From Alphaproteobacteria bacterium (GTDB lineage: Bacteria > Pseudomonadota > Alphaproteobacteria > JACZXZ01), in NCBI GenBank assembly GCA_035604475.1, contig DATNIJ010000048.1:1-50327 (forward strand): a stretch of DNA of 50,327 bases, in the 5' to 3' direction. The notes beneath the pieces were generated by a model, which saw only the letters and a list, made by a program, of their open reading frames with translations, searched no databases and was not told where the DNA came from. Every line of letters begins with the position of its first letter. Position 1 is the stretch's first letter. The position numbers and the translations under genes are program-made. Of the stretch, positions 26,041 through 35,300 are shown piece by piece.

Positions 26041-28464
26041 TTATTCGAGCGTCTGCAGCGTCACGGTCTCGGCAATGATCGACGCGCCGGGCCGCGCGCG
26101 TCGCAACGCCTCCGCGGCGGGCTTCAATGCCGCGAGGAAATCGCCGACCGGCTCGACGCCGGGCCGCAAGGCCGCGAACAGGCGCTCCGGCGACAACAGG
26201 GCTACGATCAGGAGATCGCCGGCCGGCGGCGAAATGAGCAGTTCCGGCTTGCCGTCGGGGAGGATCGAGCCGAACTTGTGCCGCATCCCCGCGGAAATGC
26301 GATTGTCCTGCTTGTCGTCGGTGGGAAAGAGATGGAGGACGTTGCCCTCGGGATCGATGACGGCGACGTAGAGGTACCCGTTGGCGGCACCGGCAGCGTT
26401 GACGGTGAACTCCAAGCTGTCGCCGTCGCGATAAACCGCGGAGCCATGATTTGGCACGATCCTGAGCGGGCCCTTCACAGCCCCCGGCGTGACCGCCTCA
26501 TCTTGCAGCAGCGCGAGCACCGCGCAGAATGGCCATTTGCGCACGCTCACGTGGAGGTTCACCTTGCTCACCCCGCCCAATGCGGCCAAGCGGACCGGCA
26601 AGGCGTCGAGGTCGCTCGGCGAGGAGACGAAACCGTCGATATCGACGATGCCGTTGCCGCTCACCGCGGCGCGCAGCGATTTGCACTCCATCGGCTGCAG
26701 CACCGACTGCACGCGCTCTCGCAAAGAGGGTTGCGTAAGCGGGGGCTGCACGTTCGCCACGACTTCGGGCGCCGGCTTGGCTTGCGCCTCGCTCGCCGGC
26801 GGCGTGGGGCTCGGCGGCGCGGGCTCGGCAGCCGGGGCGGATGCCACCGGTGGCGGCAACGGCTGCGGCGCGGCGACGGCGGCTGCCGGAGGGAGGTTCG
26901 GCGCCGCCGGTGCTGGCGCCACGGCGGCCGGTGGCGGTTGCGACTTCGCCTCCTCCGGTGCCGGTGCTGGCGCCGCTGCGGCCGGCGGCGGTTGCGCCTT
27001 CTTCTCTTCCGGTGCCGGTGCTGGCGCCGCTGCGGCCGGTGGCGGTTGCGGCTTCACCTCCTCCGGGGCCGGCGCTGGCTGCTCCGGTTCGAGTGCCGCC
27101 GTCGCGGCGAGGGCTGTCGTTGCCGGCTTTGCTGCTAAAGCGGCGGGCGCGGATTTGGCGCTCGACTCCGCCGGCTCGGCGGCGGCCTTCGTCGGCGAGA
27201 TTGCCGGCACCGGCTGTTCGGAGAGGGCTGCCGCACTCTGCGCTTCCGCCCCCGGAGCGGGTCCGGCGGCGACATCGCGCGCGGCACCGCCGAAGATTTG
27301 CGCGCGATAGGCGACGACGATGCCGCCGGCGACGAGAAGCGCCAAAACGCCGGCGCCGACCGCCGCATAAGGCCGGTGCAGCCGCGCGCTCCCGGCGCGT
27401 GCCGTGCGGACGGCGCGCGTCGCCCGAGGCGGCGCGGCCGGAGGTGGGAGGGGCACGGGCGCTTTGACCGGTCCGGGCCTGGGCGGGGCGAGCAGCTCGA
27501 CCATCGCGCGCGGCCGCAACGCGGGATCGGGCTGCAACATGGCAGTGAGTCCGCCGCGCAGCTCAGCAGGCACATCGTCGATCCTGGGGACTTCCTTGCG
27601 CCGCTCGAACAGGGTGGCGGGGGGCAAGCCGGCCGCTTCCACCGGGGTCCCGCCGGCGGCGGCCGCCAGAATGAGGCCGAGGCTATAGATGTCGGTCCGT
27701 TCGTCCACCTTGCCGCCGAAGAGCCCGAGCTGCTCGGGCGCCAAGTAGAGGGACTTCTTCTCGGGCTTTGGAGCGCTCGCGCTCTCAGCGGGCCGAGCGA
27801 ACTCCTTGCCAACGCCGAAATCGATGATTTTGGCCTGGTCCAGGCGTCCGTCCGCCAGAATAATGGTGTCGGGCGAGAGGCCGCGGTGGACGACGCCTTG
27901 CTCGTGGGCAGCCGCCAGACCACGCACCAGGCGGTCCCGCAAATTCATCACCTGGTTGGGCGGCATGGGGCCGAATTTCATGCGCTCCGCGAGCGACATG
28001 CCGTTGATGTATTCTGAGAGGAGAAAGAGACGTCCCGCCTCGTCCTGGTAGCAACCGAAGCAGCACGCGACGGCGGGGTCTTGCACCCTCGTGAGCGCCT
28101 CTGCCTCGGCGCGGAACCGCTGGAGGAACTTCTCGTCGGCGAAGAGCTCGCGGCGGACGAATTTGAAGACGACGGGCGTCCCCGACGCGGTATTGAGCCC
28201 GCGCCAGATCTCAGCGATGTCATCCTGGGCGATACGCGCGTCCAGCCGCAGCGTCTTTTGGATGATCAGGCCCGGCTGCAACGGCTGACCGAGCGGCACG
28301 GCCCCCGGCTCGGCCAACTCCGCAGCCGGGCGCAGCGGCGGAGGAAGGCCTGCCTCTTCGGGGAGGGCTTCCGGCGCCGCCGGCGCCGCCGCCTGCGGCG
28401 TCCGCCCGCCGCTCCCGTTCGGCGATGCCGGCACGCCCGGCGCTTGTGACTGCGTTTCGCCCAC
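26041..28464 (-). CDS. Ser/Thr protein-kinase-like (predicted pseudokinase) membrane protein with Pro/Ala-rich repeat linker and C-terminal DUF4384-like domain
   Basis: 807 aa. The kinase fold retains VVFKF (Lys), DFG and YLAPE. The catalytic loop reads VHRGLSPDT instead of HRDxKxxN, and the Gly-rich loop is degenerate. A TM segment (AAVGAGVLALLVAGGIVVAY) follows, then three 18-aa repeats, then YRDGDSLEFTVNAAGAANGYLYVAVIDPEGNVLHLFP. Confidence 0.85.
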   Translation of the reverse strand: MGETQSQAPGVPASPNGSGGRTPQAAAPAAPEALPEEAGLPPPLRPAAELAEPGAVPLGQPLQPGLIIQKTLRLDARIAQDDIAEIWRGLNTASGTPVVFKFVRRELFADEKFLQRFRAEAEALTRVQDPAVACCFGCYQDEAGRLFLLSEYINGMSLAERMKFGPMPPNQVMNLRDRLVRGLAAAHEQGVVHRGLSPDTIILADGRLDQAKIIDFGVGKEFARPAESASAPKPEKKSLYLAPEQLGLFGGKVDERTDIYSLGLILAAAAGGTPVEAAGLPPATLFERRKEVPRIDDVPAELRGGLTAMLQPDPALRPRAMVELLAPPRPGPVKAPVPLPPPAAPPRATRAVRTARAGSARLHRPYAAVGAGVLALLVAGGIVVAYRAQIFGGAARDVAAGPAPGAEAQSAAALSEQPVPAISPTKAAAEPAESSAKSAPAALAAKPATTALAATAALEPEQPAPAPEEVKPQPPPAAAAPAPAPEEKKAQPPPAAAAPAPAPEEAKSQPPPAAVAPAPAAPNLPPAAAVAAPQPLPPPVASAPAAEPAPPSPTPPASEAQAKPAPEVVANVQPPLTQPSLRERVQSVLQPMECKSLRAAVSGNGIVDIDGFVSSPSDLDALPVRLAALGGVSKVNLHVSVRKWPFCAVLALLQDEAVTPGAVKGPLRIVPNHGSAVYRDGDSLEFTVNAAGAANGYLYVAVIDPEGNVLHLFPTDDKQDNRISAGMRHKFGSILPDGKPELLISPPAGDLLIVALLSPERLFAALRPGVEPVGDFLAALKPAAEALRRARPGASIIAETVTLQTLE
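26907..27068. repeat. Coding tandem repeat, 3 x 54 bp
   Basis: The units start at 26907, 26961 and 27015 (each opening CCGGTGCTGGCGCC...), and a partial fourth starts at 27069. They encode PAPAPEE(V/K/A)K(P/A/S)QPPPAA(A/V)A on the minus strand. Confidence 0.9.
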
Positions 28465-29030
28465 GTCGCATCACCTCATGCCAAGCAATGTGCTGAACTC
28501 GACGCACATAACTCAAAAATGGCGCATCCTCAAGTGGTAAACACGGCTTTCGCATAGCGGCGGCACCGACCGGACGAGCAAGAATCGGACGCCCCGGGAG
28601 GGCCGGCAATTGGCGGCGACTTCCAAGCAAATTGCCGCCCGTTGCTCCCGGCGCATCCGGAACAAACGTCCGCGTCGCCGCATGGATGCCGAATATACCT
28701 GGTTGACGCCGTCGCGATATCGCAGACGAGGATTGAGGTCGACACCTCGGGCACAGACCGACGCCGTGAAGCGCGCGTCCGCTCGCTTCCTGGAAGGCGC
28801 ACGGCGAGGGCGGCGACCCGGCTGCCGGTGAAGGGGGAGACATGGGTTATCGGGTCCTGCAGCCCTCCCTGCCACGCCCGCCGAAAGCCGCGCTTGACTT
28901 CCAACCCAAAACCGCGCGGCCCACTCTAAGCTTTTGCAAGCGCGCGAGCTTCAGCTATAGTATTTGCGCATGCCCTGCGACACCGCTGCCCGAGCGGCCC
29001 GGCGTCGCGAAGCACCGAGATGGGGGGGAT

Positions 29031-30389
29031 ATGTCTCGCGCCGCTTTTCCTGCCGCGCTTTTGCGATGGACCATCGCAGGAGCGCTGTTGCTGCTCGCAG
29101 CCGCCGCCGGAACACCGCTCTACGCGCAGACCGCCGCTCCGCAAGCTCCAAGCACCCATCTCGGCGTGGCGACCTGCTCCGGCAGCACCTGCCACGGCTC
29201 GATGGAGCCGTGGAAGGGCTCGCACGTGCAGCAGAACGAGTACATCATCTGGACCAAAAAGGACAAGCACGCCCGGGCCTATTCCGTGCTTTCCAACGAG
29301 CGCTCGAAGCGCATCGTCGCCAACCTCGGTCTCAAGGCGGCGACCGAGGAGCCGGTCTGCCTCGAGTGCCACGCCGACTTCGCACCCCAGGACCAGCGCG
29401 GCACCCGCTTCCAGATCAGCGACGGGGTCGGCTGCGAGGCCTGCCATGGCGCCGCCTCGCGCTGGCTCGGCATCCACGTCTCCGGCATCAGCACCCATCA
29501 GAACAACATCAACCTCGGCATGTATCCGACCGACCAGCCGGTGGCGCGCGCGCAGCTTTGTCTCTCCTGCCACTTCGGCGACGGGCACCGTTTCGTCACC
29601 CACCGCATGATGGGGGCCGGCCATCCGCGCATCAACTTCATGGAGCTCGACACCTTTACGGCGATCGAGCCGGCACATTTCGTGGTCAACGACGCCTATC
29701 GCTCGCGCAAGAGCGCGCCGAGCGGGGTGCAGGTCTGGGCGATCGGCCAGGCGATCGCGCTCGGCAAGGTGCTCGATGCCTTGATGGATCCGAAGCGCAA
29801 TACCGACGGACTCTTCCCCGAGCTGGTGCTGTTCGATTGCTTCGCTTGCCACCATTCGCTCAACGAGCTCAAGTGGCAGCCCCGTGCGGCGACCGGCCTC
29901 GGCCCGGGCGTGCCGCGGATTAACGACGCCAACCTGGTGATGCTGCGCCTCATCGCCGAGCGCATAGCGCCCGGCACTGGCAAGGAGCTCACCGAGCGAG
30001 GGCGCGCCCTCCATGAGGCGGCGACGCGCAGCCGGGAGGCCATGGCCGAGGCCGCGCGCGCGCTCAAGACGGTCGTCAGCGGCATGGTGCCGATGCTGGA
30101 GCAGCACCAGTTCAGCCGCGAGGACTTGAGCGCGCTTCTGGCTACGATCGCCGAAGGGGGCCTGCGCGGCGACGAGTTCGATTATGCCGCGGCGGAGCAG
30201 TCGACCATGGCGCTGAGCGCGATCATCCACACCATGAAGAACATTGGTGCTGTCGACGAGAAGCAGTTTCAGGCGCTGGACACCGCACTCAACCGCGTCT
30301 ACGAGGCGGTCAACAAGGCGGACGGTTACAAGATGCAAGCCTTCCTTGCCGCCTTGGGCGAGTTCAAGCACGCGATCCCCAGCGGCTGA
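29031..30389 (+). CDS. Secreted multihaem c-type cytochrome (cytochrome c554-like N-terminal region plus helical C-terminal domain)
   Basis: The start is taken at MSRAAFPAALLRWTIAGALLLLAAAAGTPLYA (signal peptide), giving 452 aa. There are four CxxCH motifs (CLECH, CEACH, CLSCH, CFACH) and one CX4CH (CSGSTCH, followed by the W..S.H context seen after the first haem of c554-like proteins). Confidence 0.8.
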   Translation: MSRAAFPAALLRWTIAGALLLLAAAAGTPLYAQTAAPQAPSTHLGVATCSGSTCHGSMEPWKGSHVQQNEYIIWTKKDKHARAYSVLSNERSKRIVANLGLKAATEEPVCLECHADFAPQDQRGTRFQISDGVGCEACHGAASRWLGIHVSGISTHQNNINLGMYPTDQPVARAQLCLSCHFGDGHRFVTHRMMGAGHPRINFMELDTFTAIEPAHFVVNDAYRSRKSAPSGVQVWAIGQAIALGKVLDALMDPKRNTDGLFPELVLFDCFACHHSLNELKWQPRAATGLGPGVPRINDANLVMLRLIAERIAPGTGKELTERGRALHEAATRSREAMAEAARALKTVVSGMVPMLEQHQFSREDLSALLATIAEGGLRGDEFDYAAAEQSTMALSAIIHTMKNIGAVDEKQFQALDTALNRVYEAVNKADGYKMQAFLAALGEFKHAIPSG

Positions 30390-30416
30390 GCTCTCCCGCC
30401 AGCGCCCGAGCGCCGC

Positions 30417-32195
30417 TCAAAGCTTGAACGAAGTCTGCGCCAGCTGCTCGCTCGCGTAACGATAACCGATCTCGACAGCGCGATCGAAGGCCTTCCAGTC
30501 GAGGATGTCGACCGCCTCGAGCGGCGGGACGAGGAGGAGGTCGGCCTGCCGCCGCGCCAGCTCGTTCTGGATGTCCGAGCTGATGGTGCCGGCGCGCACG
30601 AGAACGGGAACGATCCAAGGCACGCCCCGGCGGCCCTTGAAGAGAAGCCGCCAGAGCGGCACGTTCTCCAGATCTTCCACGGCCGAGGTGAGCCCCCGCG
30701 TGGCGCCCACATTGACGCCGATCACCGGGCCGCGGTGCTGCGCGCGCATGAGATCGATGGGGAGATTGTCCATGACGCCGCCGTCGACCAGCACCTCGCC
30801 GCGCTCGATCACCGGCGGCAGCAGCCCCGGGATGGCGACGCTCGCGCGCAACGCCAGCCACAGCGGCCCGTCGCGATGCACGACCGAGCGCGCCGTCGTG
30901 AGATTGGAGGAAATGCAGAAATAAGGCCGCCACAGATCCTCGACCTGCACCTCGCCGAATTGCGCGCGCAGGAGGCGCGACACCTTACGCCCGCGGGTAA
31001 ATGCTATGAACGGCAGTGCCAAATCGGAAAGCGGATTGGTGTCCACGAAGGAGTGCCGCACCCGCGCACTCAGCTCCGCATCGGTCCATTCGAGGGCAAC
31101 GCCGGCCGCGATGATGGCGCCCATGCTGCTGCCGGCGACAAGATCGAATGCTATTCCGGCTTCGCGCAAGGCGCGGACGACGCCGATGTGGGCGAGTCCA
31201 CGCGCGCCGCCGCCGGAGAGCACGAGCCCCACGGCGCGGCCGAGCAGAAAGCGGGCCAAGCGCGCGGTGTCGCCTGCATTGCCCGGCCGTACGCGGCAAT
31301 GGAACTTTGCTGGGATACGGCTGAGCCAAGCGGAGGATGGTGCGGGCAAGGGACCGTCGGCGGACTCGAGCAGCACGAGATCGAGCGGCCGGTGCGCCAC
31401 CTCGGCGGGAGCGAGCTCGTGGAGCAGGACCGGCGGCAAGGGCTGATCCGGGCGGCAAACCAGGAGGACTCGGTCGGCTTGGCGCAGGCAAAGCCGCGTC
31501 CAGGGTGTAATTTCCGGCTCGGCGCAATAGACGCAGAAATCGCTCGCCAACTCGCGTGCTGTGAACCATTCGCTCTCGTGAAGGCCGTCGGCGGGACCCA
31601 GGATGCACACGCGTGGCGCGTGCGAGGCGAGGGCCGCGGCAAGGGCGCGGCCGAAGCTCTCGAGCGGCAGGTGGGGGGCAAGCGGCAGGAGAGCGAAATT
31701 CCGCGAGGCGCCGCCGAGCGCATCATGGCGCAGGCGCTGCGAGAGGCGCATGGCAAGATCGCGCGCGAGCGGCAACGCCACCCGCGGGTAGCGTTCGAGA
31801 ATACGCTCGAAATCTCGCCGCGTGATCTCCAGCACCTCGCTGTCACGCAGCGCCATCACCGTGGCCGAGCGGGTCTCGCCGGAGATGAGCGCCATCTCGC
31901 CGACGGTCTCGCCCACGCCGGCTTCCGCCACCACCACCGGCTCGCCGCTCGGCCCTTCGGCGAGGACGACGAGCCGCCCCGAGACCACGAGATAGAGCGC
32001 CTCGCCTTGCTCGCCCTGGCGGAAGAGAACGCTCCCTCCCGGCAGGCTGAACCAACTCATCTCCTCGAAAAATGCGGCGGCCACGGCGGCCGGCAGGCCG
32101 CGGAAAAGCGGCGCCCCGGCAAAGCAGTCGTGAACGCCTGCGATCCGCGAAGCGAAGAACGGTCCGCTTCTCTCTTCCTCCCCAGCGCCTGCCAT
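30417..32195 (-). CDS. Cyclic-nucleotide-binding domain / patatin-like phospholipase fusion protein (NTE/RssA-like)
   Basis: 592 aa. The N-terminal cNMP domain reads GEALYLVVSGRL...VGEMALISGETRSATVMALRDSEVL. The patatin core has LVLSGGGARGLAHIGV (oxyanion), AGSSMGA (GxSxG) and VDGGVMDNLP (catalytic Asp). Confidence 0.88.
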   Translation of the reverse strand: MAGAGEEERSGPFFASRIAGVHDCFAGAPLFRGLPAAVAAAFFEEMSWFSLPGGSVLFRQGEQGEALYLVVSGRLVVLAEGPSGEPVVVAEAGVGETVGEMALISGETRSATVMALRDSEVLEITRRDFERILERYPRVALPLARDLAMRLSQRLRHDALGGASRNFALLPLAPHLPLESFGRALAAALASHAPRVCILGPADGLHESEWFTARELASDFCVYCAEPEITPWTRLCLRQADRVLLVCRPDQPLPPVLLHELAPAEVAHRPLDLVLLESADGPLPAPSSAWLSRIPAKFHCRVRPGNAGDTARLARFLLGRAVGLVLSGGGARGLAHIGVVRALREAGIAFDLVAGSSMGAIIAAGVALEWTDAELSARVRHSFVDTNPLSDLALPFIAFTRGRKVSRLLRAQFGEVQVEDLWRPYFCISSNLTTARSVVHRDGPLWLALRASVAIPGLLPPVIERGEVLVDGGVMDNLPIDLMRAQHRGPVIGVNVGATRGLTSAVEDLENVPLWRLLFKGRRGVPWIVPVLVRAGTISSDIQNELARRQADLLLVPPLEAVDILDWKAFDRAVEIGYRYASEQLAQTSFKL

Positions 32196-32347
32196 TTCCC
32201 GGCAGCCTCTTCCCAGGGCATTCAGCGCCCGGTACTGCCGGAACGCTGGTGCCGAGCCGCGAAAATCAGGGCGTCACTCCCGCCCCGGCCTCTGCTTTCG
32301 CGGGGCAGGGCGTAAATCCCGTACCCATCTACCCATGATGTCGACCG

Positions 32348-35300
32348 CTACTGCGGCGGCGCCGCAGCGCGCTGCCGCCGACCGGAAAGCCGCGCCGGCG
32401 AGGCCGACGGCTCTGCCGCCGGCAATGCCCGCAGCAGGTCTTGCATGCGCACCTCGTCCGTGACGTACCAGGGCATGCCTTTGACATCGAGATAAAGCTC
32501 CTGCATCTCGGGAAGCGTGAAGGGACGCGAGCCGAGACGCCCGAAGACCGCGATCTGATTGCCGCTCTCATCGACGCCGCGGTCGCGCTCGAGGCCCTTG
32601 GAGAGCGAGAGCGCCGGCCACTCGGTCTTGCGCCAGGCGATGAGCTCGGGCTTGGGCTCGGGGCTGAAGCCGTAGAGATTGGGCTGGCTGTCGGGCGAGG
32701 TGAGCTGGATCACCTTGAGGCCGTTCTTCCCGTCCGCCACATAGGCGAAGAGCGAGGCGTTGGTGGTGCCGACCACCACGTCATTGGCGTCGTTCATCTT
32801 GCCGTCGGCGTTGAAGATCCGCGCGAGGTGCGGATGCTCCGGGCGCTCGACGTCGATGATGGCGAGCCCGTCGCGGCCGTCCGCGACATAGGCATAGGTA
32901 CGCGCGACATAGAAGCGCCGCGCGTCCGCGAGCGGGACTGCGGCGCCCGCAACCTGCTGGGGCGCCTCGGGATGGGTCACGTCGATCACCTTGAGCCCCT
33001 CGCGGTCGAGGGCGAAGAGATAGCGGAACTGAAGCGCCGTCGCGCGCACGCCGTCGAGCTTCACCACCGCGTCGAGCTTGGGATGCAGCGGGTCGCTCAT
33101 GTCGAGCACAACGATGCCGGCGTCGGCGGCGATGTAGAAATGGTCGCCGCCGATAGTGATGTGGCGGGCCCCCTTGAGCACGCCGCCCTCGTTCCAGGTG
33201 AGCGCCCGATTGAGGAATCTGTCGCGCGGCTCGCGGGAGGAAAGCGGGTTGACGTCGGTGAGGATCAGGCCCTCCTCCGCATCCGTGATATAGGCGTAAT
33301 TGTAGATCGGGTGCATGGGCTGCTCTTGATTGTCCTCGCGCATGAGCTTGCCCTGATTGCGCGCCGGATCGATCGACTGGTTGGTCGGCAGCGCCACGCA
33401 GGTGGCGTTGCGCGAGCCGATGTGCATGTCCTGGCCGAGCGGCGAGAAGGGTGCTGTGATGATGCGCTCGGAGACGTCCTTGTTGGCGACGCTCGCCACG
33501 TCGTAGGCGCGCATGCCGTCATCGCCCTCGGCGACATAGACAAATTCGCCGCGCTCCTGGATGCAGCCGCTGCGCCCGCCGGAATGGCTGTGCGCCTCCT
33601 CGAGCTCGCGGCCGCGCGCGAGATGCGCGTTGTACCAGTCGGGATAGGCGTATTTGTGGAGGTAACTGCCGATCACGGCTTGGGGCTCGTCCCACTCCGT
33701 CACCCGCACCGCCTCAATGCCGCCGTCCTCGCCGACCCAGCTGTTGTAGCCGATGAAGTTGACGAAGTTGGTCCCGAGCAACAGGAGCTGCGCCATGATC
33801 GCGTTGTTGTCGTTGGCCTCTGAGAGGTGGCAGTCGGTGCAGGTCTTGGTCTCGGTGGTGCGCTCGGTGTGCGGAAAGTGGGGTGCGAAGGCCTGGCTGC
33901 TGTAGCCGCTTGCGGCGATCGGCGGCTGCTGGATGTAGATGCGCTCGCGATTGATGTTGGTCGAGCTCAGCACCAGCGCCGAGGACGAGCGCACCGGCGC
34001 TATGATATTGCCCTCGACCGTGCTGTGCTTGCCGAGCTGGAACATGTCGTCGCGCGCAACTTGCGGATTGTAGGAGGCGAAGTTGCGGGTGATGCCGCCT
34101 TCGTAATGGTGCCGCTCGGTGCGCCAGTTGGCCTGGATCGGCAGGTGGCAGCCGCTGCAGCTCGTGGTCCACGAGGTATGGCAGCTGTAGCAGGCCATCT
34201 CGCTGCTCTTGTGCGCCAGGTCGGCCTCCGGCACGCCCGGGCCCCATTTGAAGGTGGTGCCCTTCGCCATCAGCTTGGCGCGCGCGGCGCGGGGGTTGAA
34301 GCGGGGATTGTTGGGATCGACGGTGTCCTTGACGAGGCTCACCTCCCACTCGAGCTTGGGATCGACGGCGGAGTGCTGGATGAGCTTGTCGCCGCGCCAC
34401 TCGAAGCGCCGCTGGCCGTCCTGGTTGCGCAGGAGGGCGAGGTCGTAGCCGCCTGGCTGCGCCGCGGGCCCGCTGGTCATGAGGGTGGGATAGCGCTCGA
34501 TAGTGCCGTGGCAATCGACGCAGCGGATCTCGATCGCCGACATCACCTCGCCGTAGATGTAGCCGTTGCCGTGGGCGTCCTGGCTGAAGTGGCAGTCGAC
34601 GCACTGCATGCCCTTGTCCACGTGGATCGAGCTCAGATGGACCGCCTTCTTGGCCCACGCCGGATCCTCGCGCGGCACGATCTGGCCCTTGGCGTCGAGC
34701 AAATCGCCCTTGCGGTCCTGCTTGAAGACGGCGCGGAAGTTCCAGCCGTGACCGTGATAGTCGGCGAACTGCGTCATCTTGAGCTTGGGGTTGAGCTCGC
34801 TCACCTGGTCGAGGAAGGCGGGGTCGCCCCACTTGCCGCGGATCGCCGCCTCCTCGGGATTGCGGTCGAGGATCGCCCGCGCCTCGGCGTCGCTCGGATA
34901 CTTCTGCTTCGCCGGCCACATGAAGGGTGCGTCCGCCTCGTAGTCCCACATGGTGTAGCCCAGCATGGTGTTGAGGAACATGTTGGGCTGGTGCATATGG
35001 CAGATCATGCATTGGCTGGTCGGGATCGCGTTCGTGAAGGAGTGGTGGATCGGATGCCCCGGCTCGTGCTTGGGGACGGTGGGGTCGGTGCTGGCGCTCT
35101 CGCCGTTGTGGCCGTAGACGGCATAGGGGCCAGAATGGCGAGGATCGCGGTCGTTGGCATAGACGACGTGGCAGGCGCCGCAGCCCGAGGTGCGGTAGTC
35201 GCCCGGATTGTCGTTGGTGCCGAGGAACCAGGTATAGGGATCATTGAGGCGCGTCTTGGCGAGGTTGAGCACCGGCACCGCGATCCTGAGCCCGGTGCCG

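Noticed and set aside
28465-29030. ORFs of 73-207 aa in the divergent intergenic region between the pseudokinase and the cytochrome gene.
   Set aside because: Their composition is Arg/Ala-rich shadow type, they overlap one another in several frames, and none has motifs. The region is better read as a long divergent regulatory spacer, and I could not pick out specific sites in it.
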